DNA of 64,000 bases from Octopus vulgaris. Its lineage: Eukaryota. Position numbers and translations under genes: made by a program. Each line of letters opens with the position of its first letter. Within the stretch, counting starts at the first letter, position 1. Positions 52,681 to 64,000 of the stretch are shown here, piece after piece. The notes under the pieces are model-generated. The model had not been told where the DNA came from. It did not search any database and saw only the letters and a program-made list of their open reading frames with translations. Where the stretch lies: assembly GCA_951406725.2 (NCBI GenBank), contig OX597821.1, positions 64,852,001 through 64,916,000 on the forward strand. Reading direction: 5' to 3'.

Positions 52681-52890
52681 TAATTATATACATAATTATA
52701 TGTATATAATTAACATAATTTCGTTTACTTCTGTTACTCTTGTTATACAAATTCTATATTTCTCATTTAAGTTCACATTAAAAAGCAATTTCTTACCCTC
52801 TATCGTTACTCAAGCGTCTTTCCTTAGAGAAGCAAACCTACAGATATGCAACTAACTTTTTGTCCATACTAATACTTTCAACACCATCTC

Positions 52891-52933
<43 letters not shown>

Positions 52934-54012
52934 GTCTTTCTCTCTCTTTCTTTCTTTCTCTCTTTCTTTCTTTCTTTCTCTGTCTTTCTCTCTGTCTCTC
53001 TCTTTCTGTGTCTTTCTCTCTCTCTCCGAACGTCTGTCCGTTTGTCTGTCTGTCTCTCTTTCGCTACATATGTGAGAGTGTATCTGTGAGAGTGTATCTG
53101 GATGTAAGCACGCACGCACACAGACACACGCATGCAAATACAGATACACACATATGTATAAGTATGTGTGTTTGTGTGTTTGTGTTTGTGTGTGTGTGTA
53201 TGTGTGTGTGTGTACAGAGAGAGTGAGAGAGGGTGGAGGAGAGTATTTACTCAAGTCAAACACAAACATTTCTGAGTGACAAGAGAAAGCCGACTAATTG
53301 GAGATCCCTTATTTTTACAATTAAATTCCTGACACCAAAGACTTTTCGGTCTTTCATGAAAGACGTTTTCCAAATTAGCTCTGATTTGAGAAAACTGCTT
53401 ATCCTCTCATTTCTCTCTACAACCATGTTGTTTAGTCAGCCGTCAAATCGTTGCTGATTGTATTTTATCGGCGTGTCTTTTCCTACTCGTCTCTTGAATC
53501 AAATTATAAGCGTATTTTATAACTGAAACTATTCCAGGGTCCGTATTTAAGCAACACCGTTTTGCTGCATATCTTAATGTATAGTCCATAATAACAACGC
53601 ATTTCACAGCAATATCTGTAATCAGAAAACAATTTTCTACATACAAGCAGTTTTAAATTTGATAAATTCTGCTTCTAAATTAATTATTTCCTTGCCACGC
53701 TCGAAATCTACTGTCGGTTCTCTCTTCGTACGTCTAAAATTATATCATCCTTCCCTATAACAATACAATGATGAAGCAGATAACCATAACAATATCTTCA
53801 GAATCATTTGAGAACAAGCAGAGCATTTTGGGTCGAGTTACGAACCACATTCAATAGTTTTATTATACATAATTCTCATGAGCAAAAATTGGTGCACCTA
53901 ACCAGTTGCTCTGCCTCCCAAAAATTGGTAGCGAAATCTGCCTTGAATTACAGCAATAGTCGTAACTAAGAAATGGAGGTATTGGGTAATGTGCACTAGA
54001 AAATACCAAAAA

Positions 54013-54412
54013 GGCGGCAAGCGCGCCGGGTGAAATACGCAGCCGTATTTCGTCTGTCGTTACGTTGTGAGTTCAAATTCCGCCGAGGTCGACTTTGCCT
54101 TTCATCCTTTCGGGGTCGATAAATTAAGTATCAGTTACGCAGTGGGGTCGATGTAATCGACTTCATATCTATGTATGTCCTTGTTTGTCCCTTCTATGTT
54201 TAGCCCCTTATGGGTAATAAAGAAATAGGTATTACGTCTGCCGTTGCGTTCTGAGTTCAAATTCCGCCGAGGTCGAATTTGCTTTTCATCCTTTCTGGGT
54301 CGATAAATTAAGTACCAGTTATGCACCGGAGTCGATATAATCGACTTAATCCCTTTGTCTGTCCTTGTTTGAACCCTGTATGTTTATCTCTTTGTGGGCA
54401 ATAAAGAAATAA
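54013..54412 (+). mobile_element. SINE family A tandem dimer
   Basis: Two successive ~185-bp copies of tgagttcaaattccgccgaggtcga...aataaagaaata. Confidence 0.85.
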
Positions 54413-54523
54413 GAAAATACCAATAAAAATCCGGGCTGCCGATGGCTGGATTTCTTTTAACCATAGGCCTCTCTATCAGTCTTATATAGGGTTAACCGAC
54501 AACAGTATCATCAACCACAAGTA

Positions 54524-54725
54524 AGAATAAATCAACAGATTATAGGCGTAAGAGTGGCTGTATGGTAAGTAGCATTTTGTTCTTTTTTTCTATTCACGAA
54601 GACAAAACTCGCGTCTTCTCACTGTAACACTCCAGACCAACTAGTGTTGCATTCTGGGTAACCGGAAGTAAGCAAGCTACTCACGACACAGTCACTCTTA
54701 CGCCTATACTCTGTTGATTTATTCT
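54524..54725. repeat. Inverted repeat (~50-bp arms, ~100-bp spacer)
   Basis: agaataaatcaacagattataggcgtaagagtggctgt..tagc and gcta..acagtcactcttacgcctatactctgttgatttattct are reverse complements. Confidence 0.8.
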
Positions 54726-55155
54726 GTGGCTGCTAAATGACTACATGCTAAATGACCCAACAAATAATAGATTAAAATAACATCCTACGCTTTACCTAAT
54801 ATAATCTATTCAGCATAGATCCTTGAAGATATTCATCTGGGCAACAGTAACAATCGAACTAACAAGAAATCTCTTATCTTTTATCTTGTTTTACTTAATG
54901 GATTGCAGCCATACTGGGATACCGCCTTAAAACCTTAAATCGAACAAATCGATTGCAGTATTTATTTATTTTCTGAAATGCTTATTCTGTCACTAACCCC
55001 TGTCAAGTGATGGTGGGGATAGCAAACACGAACAAAAAGACACACACATACAAAAACATACTCACATACACACGCGTGCGCACACACACACTCACAAATA
55101 ACTGACAGAATAAGACACAGTTTCTTTCTACGAAATCTTCTAACGCCCAAGCTTA

Positions 55156-56446
55156 CGAGGGACGTTCAATAACTAATGCCTCTGACCCACTTGCAGTTAT
55201 TTGATCTAGCTGAAATGTTGCATGTGCAATCATTTATACCTTTATAGAGTAAGTGGCAAATTACAGCTCAGAATTAATTGTGGTTTCTGATTTACAGGTG
55301 TTTGAACCGATTCAAGTGTGAAATGGAACCTGTTGAGTGTCGAGCAGTGATCCGGTTTTTGTATTTGAAAGGACGCACACCACGAGAGACTTTTGATGAA
55401 ATGAAAGTAACTTATGGTGATGATGCCCCATCATATGACCTTGTAAAACGCTGGCATCGTGAATTCAAACATGGCCGGAACTCTGTGGAAACAGCTCCCA
55501 GATCTGGTCGCCCCCTTCTGCCATTGATGAGGCATCTGTCCGTCAAGTTGGGGCTGCCATTTTGGAAGACCGACGCATAATTATTCGCCAAATAGCCCAT
55601 GAGGTCAAGATTAGTACCGGGTCTGTGGAAACTATCACTCATGACCATTTGCATATGCAAAAGGTGTCTGCCAGATGGATTCCCAGGTTGCTCACGCCTT
55701 TCCAGAAGCAAGAACGCGTCGAGTGCTCGAGGGTGAATTTGGAGATGTGCCAAGAAGATGAGTCAAAATTTTTCAAAAGACTGATTACACATGATGAAAC
55801 CTGGGTCCATCACAATGATCCAGAGACCAAAGCCCAGTCAATGCAGTGGAAGCACCGTGACTCACCCCCTCCAAAGAAGGCAAGGGTACAGCCCTCCGCT
55901 AGCAAGGTCATGCTCACAGTCTTCTGGGACCAGGACGGAGTAGTGATGACAGATTTCCTGGCAAAGGGTACCACAATTGCAGGGGCCTATTATGCTTCAC
56001 TTTTGAGGGAATTAAGAGAAGTTATCAAAATCAAGAGGCGGGGCAAGATCAGCAAAGGCATCCTCCTCCTGCAGGACAACGCTCCGGTCCACAACTCGCT
56101 TGTCGCCAGATCAGAAGCACAGGCGTAGGGCTATGAACTCCTCCCCATCCCCCCTACTTTCCTGACCTTGCACTCTCTGATTTTCACCTCTTCCCAATCA
56201 TGAAGTTGTTTTTGAAAGGAAAGCGTTTCCCAGATGATGCAACCTTGATTTCTGAAATCACGTTGAGGTTGGAGGACCAAGCTGGGTTCTTCTACAAAAA
56301 CGGTCTCCAGAGCCGCATCAAACGATGGGAGAAATGCGTAACTCTGGGTGGTTCAATTGTAGAAAATTACTAATAACTGTGCCAAGTTTCGTTGCTCTAC
56401 TGCTATGGGAAGTGGGTCGGGGGCATTACTTATTGAACGCCCCTCG
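55156..56446 (+). mobile_element. Near-full-length mariner DNA transposon (1291 bp) with TIRs and TA target duplication
   Basis: TA|cgagggacgttcaataactaatgcctctgacccactt ... aagtgggtcggggcattacttattgaacgcccctcg|TA. Confidence 0.95.
55323..56373 (+). pseudogene. Mariner transposase (D,D34D), inactivated by one frameshift (~55515) and one stop (56126)
   Basis: MEPVECRAVIRFL (HTH), RSGRP, WIPRLL, THDETW, LQDNAP, HPPYFPDLALSDFHLF, RWEKCV. Confidence 0.9.
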
Positions 56447-56539
56447 TATCATACACAAATTCAAAATAAATTACCAAGGCTGAACTCTAAGTGGTTGCTT
56501 GCGAAGTAAGCTTCTTTAACAAACATCACTGCTTGCGCT

Positions 56540-57800
56540 ATACCCACACCAGGGCTTATAACTATGTCTGAGCCTATAGACAGCCACAGCCTGTGGCCAT
56601 AACCAAGCCTATCGCCTTAGCTGCGACTATTATCTACTATGCCTGCGCTCATACCATGCCTGCACCTACATGCTTGCTTTTGCCTATAGCCATGCCCACA
56701 CCATTGAACAGATTGCACTTATAGCTATCCAAGCAGCTAGAGCCTATAGCCTAAAGTATTTACTTCTAACCTATATCCTATAGCCTATAGCTTAGTTATG
56801 CCTGCGCCTATAGCCTATGTATTATTGTTCGTATCGATAGCCAATAGCCAATGACCTATAGCCGCTAGCTTGTAGCCTATGGTTATGTCCGCGCCTATTG
56901 CCTGTAGTTTTACATTAACCTATTGTCATACCTACACCTATAACCTAAAGCTTATAGCCTAATACATATAGCTATGATTACACTTATAGCCTATAGCCAT
57001 GCCTGCATGGCTATTTCATGTCTGCTATTTATTATAGCTATTTCATGTCTGCACCTATAGGAATGTCTAGTTCTTTACTCTAAAGCCCCTACATATAGCC
57101 TTTAGTCTATAGTCTATAACCTGCGCATATAATCTATAGCATATTACCTGCGCATATAGCCTTTAGCCTGTAGACATACGTTTAGCCTATAGCAAGTTTG
57201 CACATATAGCCTATTGTCGTGTCTGCCCTTATAGTTAAGCCAAGCCTATGGATTATAGCCTGCCCGTAACCATGCATGTGGCTATGGCCATATTTGCTCC
57301 TATAGCCATTACTGCGCTTATAGCCTATTGCTTGCGTCTATAGCTTATTGATCTGTCTGTACCCATAATCTATAGTCATGCCTATAATTATTTCCATGTG
57401 CACACCTTTGGCCATGCCTGCCGCTCTGACCATGCCTGCCCCTATAACCAGCCTCCACCTATAGCCATGAGCGCGCCTCTTACCGTCCTTGCACATATAG
57501 CGATGCCCCCGCGTTAACTCATTCCTGACTTATAGCCATGCGACGATATATCCATACATGCACATATAGCCGTGACTGAGCCTATATCCATCGTGCCTGC
57601 ACTTATAGCAATGCCTGCACAGGTGGCTATACATGTGCCTATAGCCAAGCCTTCGGTCATATCCACACCTGTAACAGCGGCCATTTTGTGCCAGTGGCAA
57701 TGCAGTGCCAGTGGTCATGCTGTGCCATTGGCTATGCGTATGTCTATAGCAATGCCCGCGCCTATAGCTAACCCTGCGATTATGTCCATGCCTGCGCCTT
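56540..57800. repeat. Decayed minisatellite-like array built on GCCTAT(A) / GCCTGCGCCTATAGCCAT units
   Basis: Dozens of gcctatagc, atgcctgc and tatagcc variants occur over ~1.3 kb. Confidence 0.8.
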
Positions 57801-58496
57801 TTCGAAAGATAATTAAGAAACAATTTCCCAAGCCAAATCTTTGTTACAATTTCTTCAGTCTGTGGGGACGAGGTATATTCTCTATAGTCTTTGGTTCCTT
57901 CGACAGCTTATGGTAGACAAATACATAAACAACTTATTAAAACTAAAATCTAAACAACTTACAAAATTAAGTGAGAGACATTATAATTTTCAGCGGAAAT
58001 TGACACTGAAACACAGCCAGAAGGTCGGAAACACATACTGCTCAAAGATCAATGAAAATTCTCCCTTCTTGCTCATCTAAGTTCTGCATCTTGTATTCAA
58101 CATTGATATCCTTCGGGAAAAAACGCGTGACAACAAAAGAGGTTTATCTTATCGGTAATCGTTGTAGATGCAGCAGGCTATTGCTCTAAATACATTTTAT
58201 TGCTTTAGAAAACAATGGATACTAATTGGAGTATGTCGTCCTCGATATACTGTGTCTGAACACGAAATGGATCGTTCAAGTTTGGACGCTTTTGAACATA
58301 GATTTAGAAATCGAGAGTCAACATGTGACTAGCCGGTTTAACAAGCATAAGATATGATGAACAATCTTTTCCATTTTCATCATGTTCAATATCGTATGTA
58401 AAGTTGAGGGGCATTACTCCTACACGCTACATTGTACACAAGAAAACAAAAATGCTTATATGTATATACGTATGAACATTTATACATAAATGCGTG

Positions 58497-58548
<52 letters not shown>

Positions 58549-58857
58549 TATACATATATACACTCACGCATGCATATATATAAACAGGAATATGTAAATT
58601 ATGACCCATCTATATTTAAATATACACACTCACTCACACACATACACACTCACACACACACAATTACACACAAACACACAATTACACACAATTACACGCA
58701 CACATGCACATGCGCATAGAAAAGTATAGCTTATATTTAATATTCGGTTGTGGCAATTAACTGAGAACTGAGAAACAATTCATAGAGAAGAAAATCAAAG
58801 CAGGGTACATATACATATACGAATATATACCTACCTACATACATATATATATGTATG

Positions 58858-58890
<33 letters not shown>

Positions 58891-59377
58891 GCTGTGTTAT
58901 TCTATGTATTTAAGTATATATGTATTTATATAATAACAGATTCAGTAGACAGTAATTATGGACCGAGTAACAATTGTGTCGTCAAAAGGAAACAATTAGC
59001 TGTTTCTCTTAATCGTGTAATTAAAACGCTGTTTAGTAAATTGTCATTTGAAGATTGAGTTCAAATGAAGATAGAAAATTTTAAAAGAATTTAAGAAAAA
59101 CCGACATGATAAGCAGATGCACCAATAAACAGAAATATAGAAGTGCACATGTGAAACATGTATACACAAAGTCACACTCAGAAACACATAACAACATAGA
59201 GATATATGTGTTTGCGTATATATATGTGTTTGTGTTTTCGTGTGTTTATGTATTTTAACACTCATACACACACATATACAGAGAGAGGGGCTGATAGAGA
59301 CCAGCATAGAGACAGGCAGACATAAATAGATTGATATCTTGATATATGAATTACTGATATACTAATTACTTCCCATT

Positions 59378-59433
59378 ATACATGCATACATATATACAGA
59401 CCTATCTATTTACCTATCTATCTACCTATCAAT

Positions 59434-59527
<94 letters not shown>

Positions 59528-59540
59528 GTTTATATAAACG

Positions 59541-59572
<32 letters not shown>

Positions 59573-59760
59573 AATATGTACATATAAATATATATGTATA
59601 AATATATATATATATGTGTGTGTGTGTGTATACATTTGAGTGTGTATGCGTAGGTTAGCACGGTGGGTGTGTGCATATGAATGTGTTGCCTTTATACATG
59701 CATACATATATACAGATCTATATATTTATATATATATATATATATATATGTATATAGATG

Positions 59761-59841
<81 letters not shown>

Positions 59842-60014
59842 AAACGTATATAAATGTATATATAAATATATGTGTATGTATATATATCTGTGTGTGTGTG
59901 TTTGTGTATACATTCGAGTGTGTATACGTAGGTTTGCACGGTGGGTGGGTGCATATGAATGTGTTGCCTATATACATGCATACATATATACAGATCTATA
60001 TATTTATCTATCTA

Positions 60015-60052
<38 letters not shown>

Positions 60053-60062
60053 CATACTTACT

Positions 60063-60094
<32 letters not shown>

Positions 60095-60250
60095 CATTTA
60101 TACATACATACATATATATATGTATGCTTATATAAACGTGTATATATAAATATATGTGTATGTATATATATCTGTGTGTGTGTGTATACATTCGAGTGTG
60201 TATGCGTAGGTTTGCACGGTGGGTGTGTGCATATGAATGTGTTGCCTTTA
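59378..60250. repeat. Tandem array of ~3 units (~280 bp) with embedded microsatellites
   Basis: tacatt[c/t]gagtgtgtat[g/a]cgtaggtt[t/a]gcacggtgggtg..gcatatgaatgtgttgcct occurs at ~59631, ~59909 and ~60187. Confidence 0.9.
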
Positions 60251-60463
60251 TCAACATAAAACTCGTATATGAGCTTCTGTCTGAGTGTGTGAAAGAGAGA
60301 GAGAGAGAGGTGGGGATTGTGATGGAGAGAGAGGGATAGTGATGGAGAGAGAGGGAGAGAGATTGGCTAAGTAAGTATATGTGTGTTAGTGTTATATATT
60401 TTACACACTGACACAGGCAGGTGCTTATATTTTGTAGAAGCAACGAAGTAGATGTATACACAT

Positions 60464-60522
<59 letters not shown>

Positions 60523-60871
60523 CACATACATATGAGTGTGTTCTTGCGCTGTAAGTATATTTGTATGTATGTATTAAATATGTTAGAAAATCATGAAAGC
60601 TATTTGTCTATTGTAAAAGGTTTTTCACAATGGTGATATAAATGAAAAATTGCAAAGAATTGCACATAGAAGACGGTGCTGGTTTGTAAAGGTTTGGTAA
60701 ATAGAGGCAGATATAAAGTTTAAAGAAACAGAAACTTAATGTTAAAGCCACTGGTTTTGCTTTTTTTTTTATATATTTCCTTTGCTGCTAGCAGTCATCA
60801 TAGTATTATAAGAATGTCTCGTATTTGCATTGAGGAACTTATGTATAATTGTATACCCTTTACACTGTACT

Positions 60872-61301
60872 GTTTACTCTTTTACTTGTTTCAGTCATTT
60901 ATTTGACTGCGGCCATGCTGGAGCACCGCATTTAGCCGAGTAAATCTACCCCCAGGACTTATTCTTTGTAAGCTTAGTACTTATTCTATCGGTTCTCTTT
61001 TGCCAAACCGCTAAGTGACGGAGGTATAAACACACCAGCATCGGTCGTCAAGCAATGCTAGGGGGACAAACACAGACACACCAACATATACACACATATA
61101 TACACACACACAGACAAACATATATATATGTACATATATACGACGGGCTTCTTTCAGTTTCCGTCTACCAAATCCACTCACAAGGTTTTGGTTGGCCCGA
61201 GGCTATAGTAGAAGACACTTGTCCAAGGTGCCACGCAGTGGGACAGAACCCAGAATCATGTGGTTGGTAAGCAAGCTACTTACCACACAGCCACTCCTGC
61301 A
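60872..61301 (-). mobile_element. tRNA-derived SINE family C, full-length
   Basis: Minus strand GCAGGAGTGGCTGTGTGGTAAG (A box) ... GGGTTCTGTCCC (B-box-like), a ccttggacaag core, an internal (TG/TA)n and the tail tgactgaaacaagtaaaagagtaaa. Confidence 0.85.
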
Positions 61302-61469
61302 TCTATATGTCTAACTTTTTCGCTCCTTTTGATTTTGTACCTTTCTGATTTCTTTTTCTCCGTTGCAAACATTCTTTTATTCCATCCCATCCGCGTTATC
61401 TCCCACTGATGCTCTTTTTGAAGTTGCTCACGTAGAACATCGGCCGTATCAATATTACAAGTACGAAAG

Positions 61470-61670
61470 GCGTCGAGATGGCAGAATCGTTAGCACGCTA
61501 GGAAGAATGCTGAGCAGCATTTCCTCCTTCTCTACTTTCGCAGTTTAAAATACGCCGAGGTCTTCTTTACCTTTCGTCCTTTCGGGATCGATAAAATCAG
61601 CACCAGTTAAACACTGGGCCCGATGTAATTGACTTACGTTGGCCTTGTGCAAAAAATTGTAACTAATATT
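61470..61670 (+). mobile_element. SINE family A (diverged)
   Basis: ggcgtcgagatggcagaatcgttagc ... cgccgaggtcttctttacctttcgtcctttcgggatcgataaaat. Confidence 0.75.
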
Positions 61671-63409
61671 ACAAGTATGTCTGAATTTAGACTGGCCGCT
61701 GTCATTGGCTGTAATCTCTGACAAATTCTATTGCACATGCATGTGAAGCCGTCTGTAGTGTCGTCTAGGCTATATAATTTAGAACAATAGCACTTACGGT
61801 ACTTGTGATATTCTGAATGGCGTATCGCAAAGGGACGTTTTCCTACCCACTCTTATCATTTCCTGCCATTTAGAGCTCCAATCACCTATAGTTCCTTCCT
61901 TCAAGACAACGGAATTGAATTTTGCATCCACGTATTTAGTTGCTTTCTTTTTTTACTAGGACGATCAGAGTACATTAACTACAACTGACCTTCAGACTCA
62001 ATAAACATAACCTGATAACACATACAAACAGAATATAAAAAAGAAAGCAAAAGAACAAGAGTTGCATATACTATAGCTAAATAAGCAATGAAAAAATGGT
62101 AACAAATGCAATGAACAGTCGAATATTCTAAGGCCATTCTCATGTACTACTTGTGGCCAACAGAATGACTTTATGAAGTCGATGATGATTAGAATCCAAG
62201 TGCAAAGAGGAAAATTTACTAAACACAGAGGAATATACAAGGCGGTCATGCAATAACAGACAACGCTATATAATCTATGACACCAATCCTAAATATGCTG
62301 TGTAGTTCTCAAATATATGGAAGCAGAAAATATTTAGCTCAATGGATTCGGTTTCTGGAGATTGTCAACACGATATAATGCTTCTCAGTCACGGTACAGC
62401 CGGATACAAAAAAAGAAAAAGAAAACAGGTACACTGTATCAATAGTCCGTATATGATGACGTACAAGACATAATTCTTACCGAACAATGTATAAAACTAA
62501 TTACCCCGAGTATATGCGAAACTAAGTCTATATATGCGTTCTTGTTTAGCTAGCGAGGAGATAAAGCTCCATCTACTCAAGCGTGAGAGCAAAAGTTCAC
62601 GTGATTTCGACTTTAGTTGGTTTTGTCAATGATGGACGTTCGATCGCTAAAAAGCAGCAGCGACTCATCTCCCCGCCAGCAATATATAGAATAACAGTGC
62701 TAGAACAGGTGCCGGTGTCGCGATTAGCTACTGAACCTATTAAAAAATATGTATTACCGACCTCTCTGTATTAATACTTCTTTTGTCGCTAATATATATT
62801 TTTTTACCAACAGCTTTTTTCCTTATGTACTCTGCTGAAACGGAGTGCGTTGAATGTGCCCTCGAGTCTTTTCTGCCATAAAAAAAACATTATGCCATCA
62901 AGTACATTGAAATGTGTGATTTTGTAGATATAAAAGATATTAATGTGTGAGTGTGTGTGTTTTGTATGTGTATGTGCGTGTGTGTGCGTATGTGCATGTA
63001 ACGTACGGGTCGACTGACAAAAATACATCAGTGTTGACCACTCATGAAGGGCAAGCTGAATTTAAATAATGCACCTGCGAAACAGAAAGAACATTTAAAC
63101 ACAAATAACATTTTGGGCGGCAGTGAAGGATCAGAAACTCACATTTTGTCACCGGTTATCTTGATTTATAATGGAAGACATATAAACGAATGAGTAAAAT
63201 AAAGCCACGAACTAGGGCAAGCGCAGCCATATACCTTTCTCGTACCATATATGAAACTGAAGCTGTTATTAACAAACACTTATGATAATTTATGCAAACT
63301 TTTTGAACATATACGTATGTTCACGTACATTTGCTCCAAGGTGATCATGGATGTACGCATGTAATCATACGCACACACACACGCATGCAAAAACAGGTAT
63401 ATATACACA

Positions 63410-63572
63410 CAACGGTCTTCTTTCAATTTCCATCTACCTTATCCAATAATTAGGCATTGGTCAGAGCCAGGCTATAGTGGAAGACAGTTGACAAAGGTTC
63501 CACATCCTGGGATTGAACTCCCACATCATGTGGTTAAGAAGCAAACTTCTTACCTCACAGTCACGCCTACTG
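63410..63572 (-). mobile_element. SINE family C head (diverged)
   Basis: Colinear with 61142-61301. Confidence 0.6.
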
Positions 63573-64000
63573 CAATATATATGATGCGACTCTCTACTCT
63601 ATACTCTTTTCTTCCTCCATCCTTCTTTAATTCCTTTTTCTCTCCCCTTCCCTCCATCGCCGTTTTCTATCTCTCACTCTCTCTCTCATTCTTTCTCTTT
63701 TCTCTCTCTCTCTCTCTCTCTCGTTGCTCGCACGTGATCATCGTCCATCGTTCTTTTCCTAACGAGACCATCTTTCTTTTCCTGTACGGACGTTTAAATC
63801 TTTTCTTTTATCAAAAAAAATGTCTCTCAGCGTTCACTATTTCCCTCTCCTTCTAGTCTAACGACCCCCGCCTCTTTGTTTTCGTTCGGTTTTCTTGTAT
63901 GTCTCTACTGTCATTTATCTGTTCCCAGCTTTTACCCTCGTTTGTGTACGTATTTCGTGTTTTATACACCATTGTTTACGTCCTGTGCCCATATATGCGT

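Noticed and set aside
59378-60250. CRISPR-like regularly spaced repeats
   Set aside because: The context is eukaryotic, the 'spacers' are homologous microsatellites, and there are no cas genes.
61990-62500. Possible second R4/Dong C-terminal relic
   Set aside because: Only faint similarity, with no intact CCHC or PD motif; too decayed to call by eye.

Overview
This is AT-rich, microsatellite-saturated eukaryotic DNA with no intact protein-coding gene that I can support. The repeat families resemble those I associate with Octopus (coleoid cephalopod) genomes; that assignment is an inference from recall, not a database result. Most ORFs in the supplied track are translations of (TA)n, (CA)n, (TAGA)n and (TAT)n tracts. 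Recognisable elements are: a near-full-length mariner (D,D34D) with TIRs and a TA TSD (55156-56446), a mariner MITE, a Helitron Pif1-helicase relic joined to a Chapaev3-like transposase end, two non-autonomous Helitrons, RTE and R4/Dong LINE fragments, several Penelope-like (GIY-YIG) relics, and many tRNA-derived SINEs with swapped head and tail modules. Two signals stand out. (1) The first 23 kb hide a decayed cluster of apparently intronless paralogous genes (~1200-3130 +, ~18475-18840 -, ~20150-23080 -). Their motifs, read by eye across frameshifts, follow the order of Mab-21/cGAS-like nucleotidyltransferases (cGLRs), and one copy has a possible death-fold/CARD-like N-terminus. (2) Minimal type-I hammerhead ribozyme motifs with palindromic stem III lie in Penelope-type terminal regions (6517, 13037, 45607). 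All translations and alignments were done by eye and need computational confirmation.
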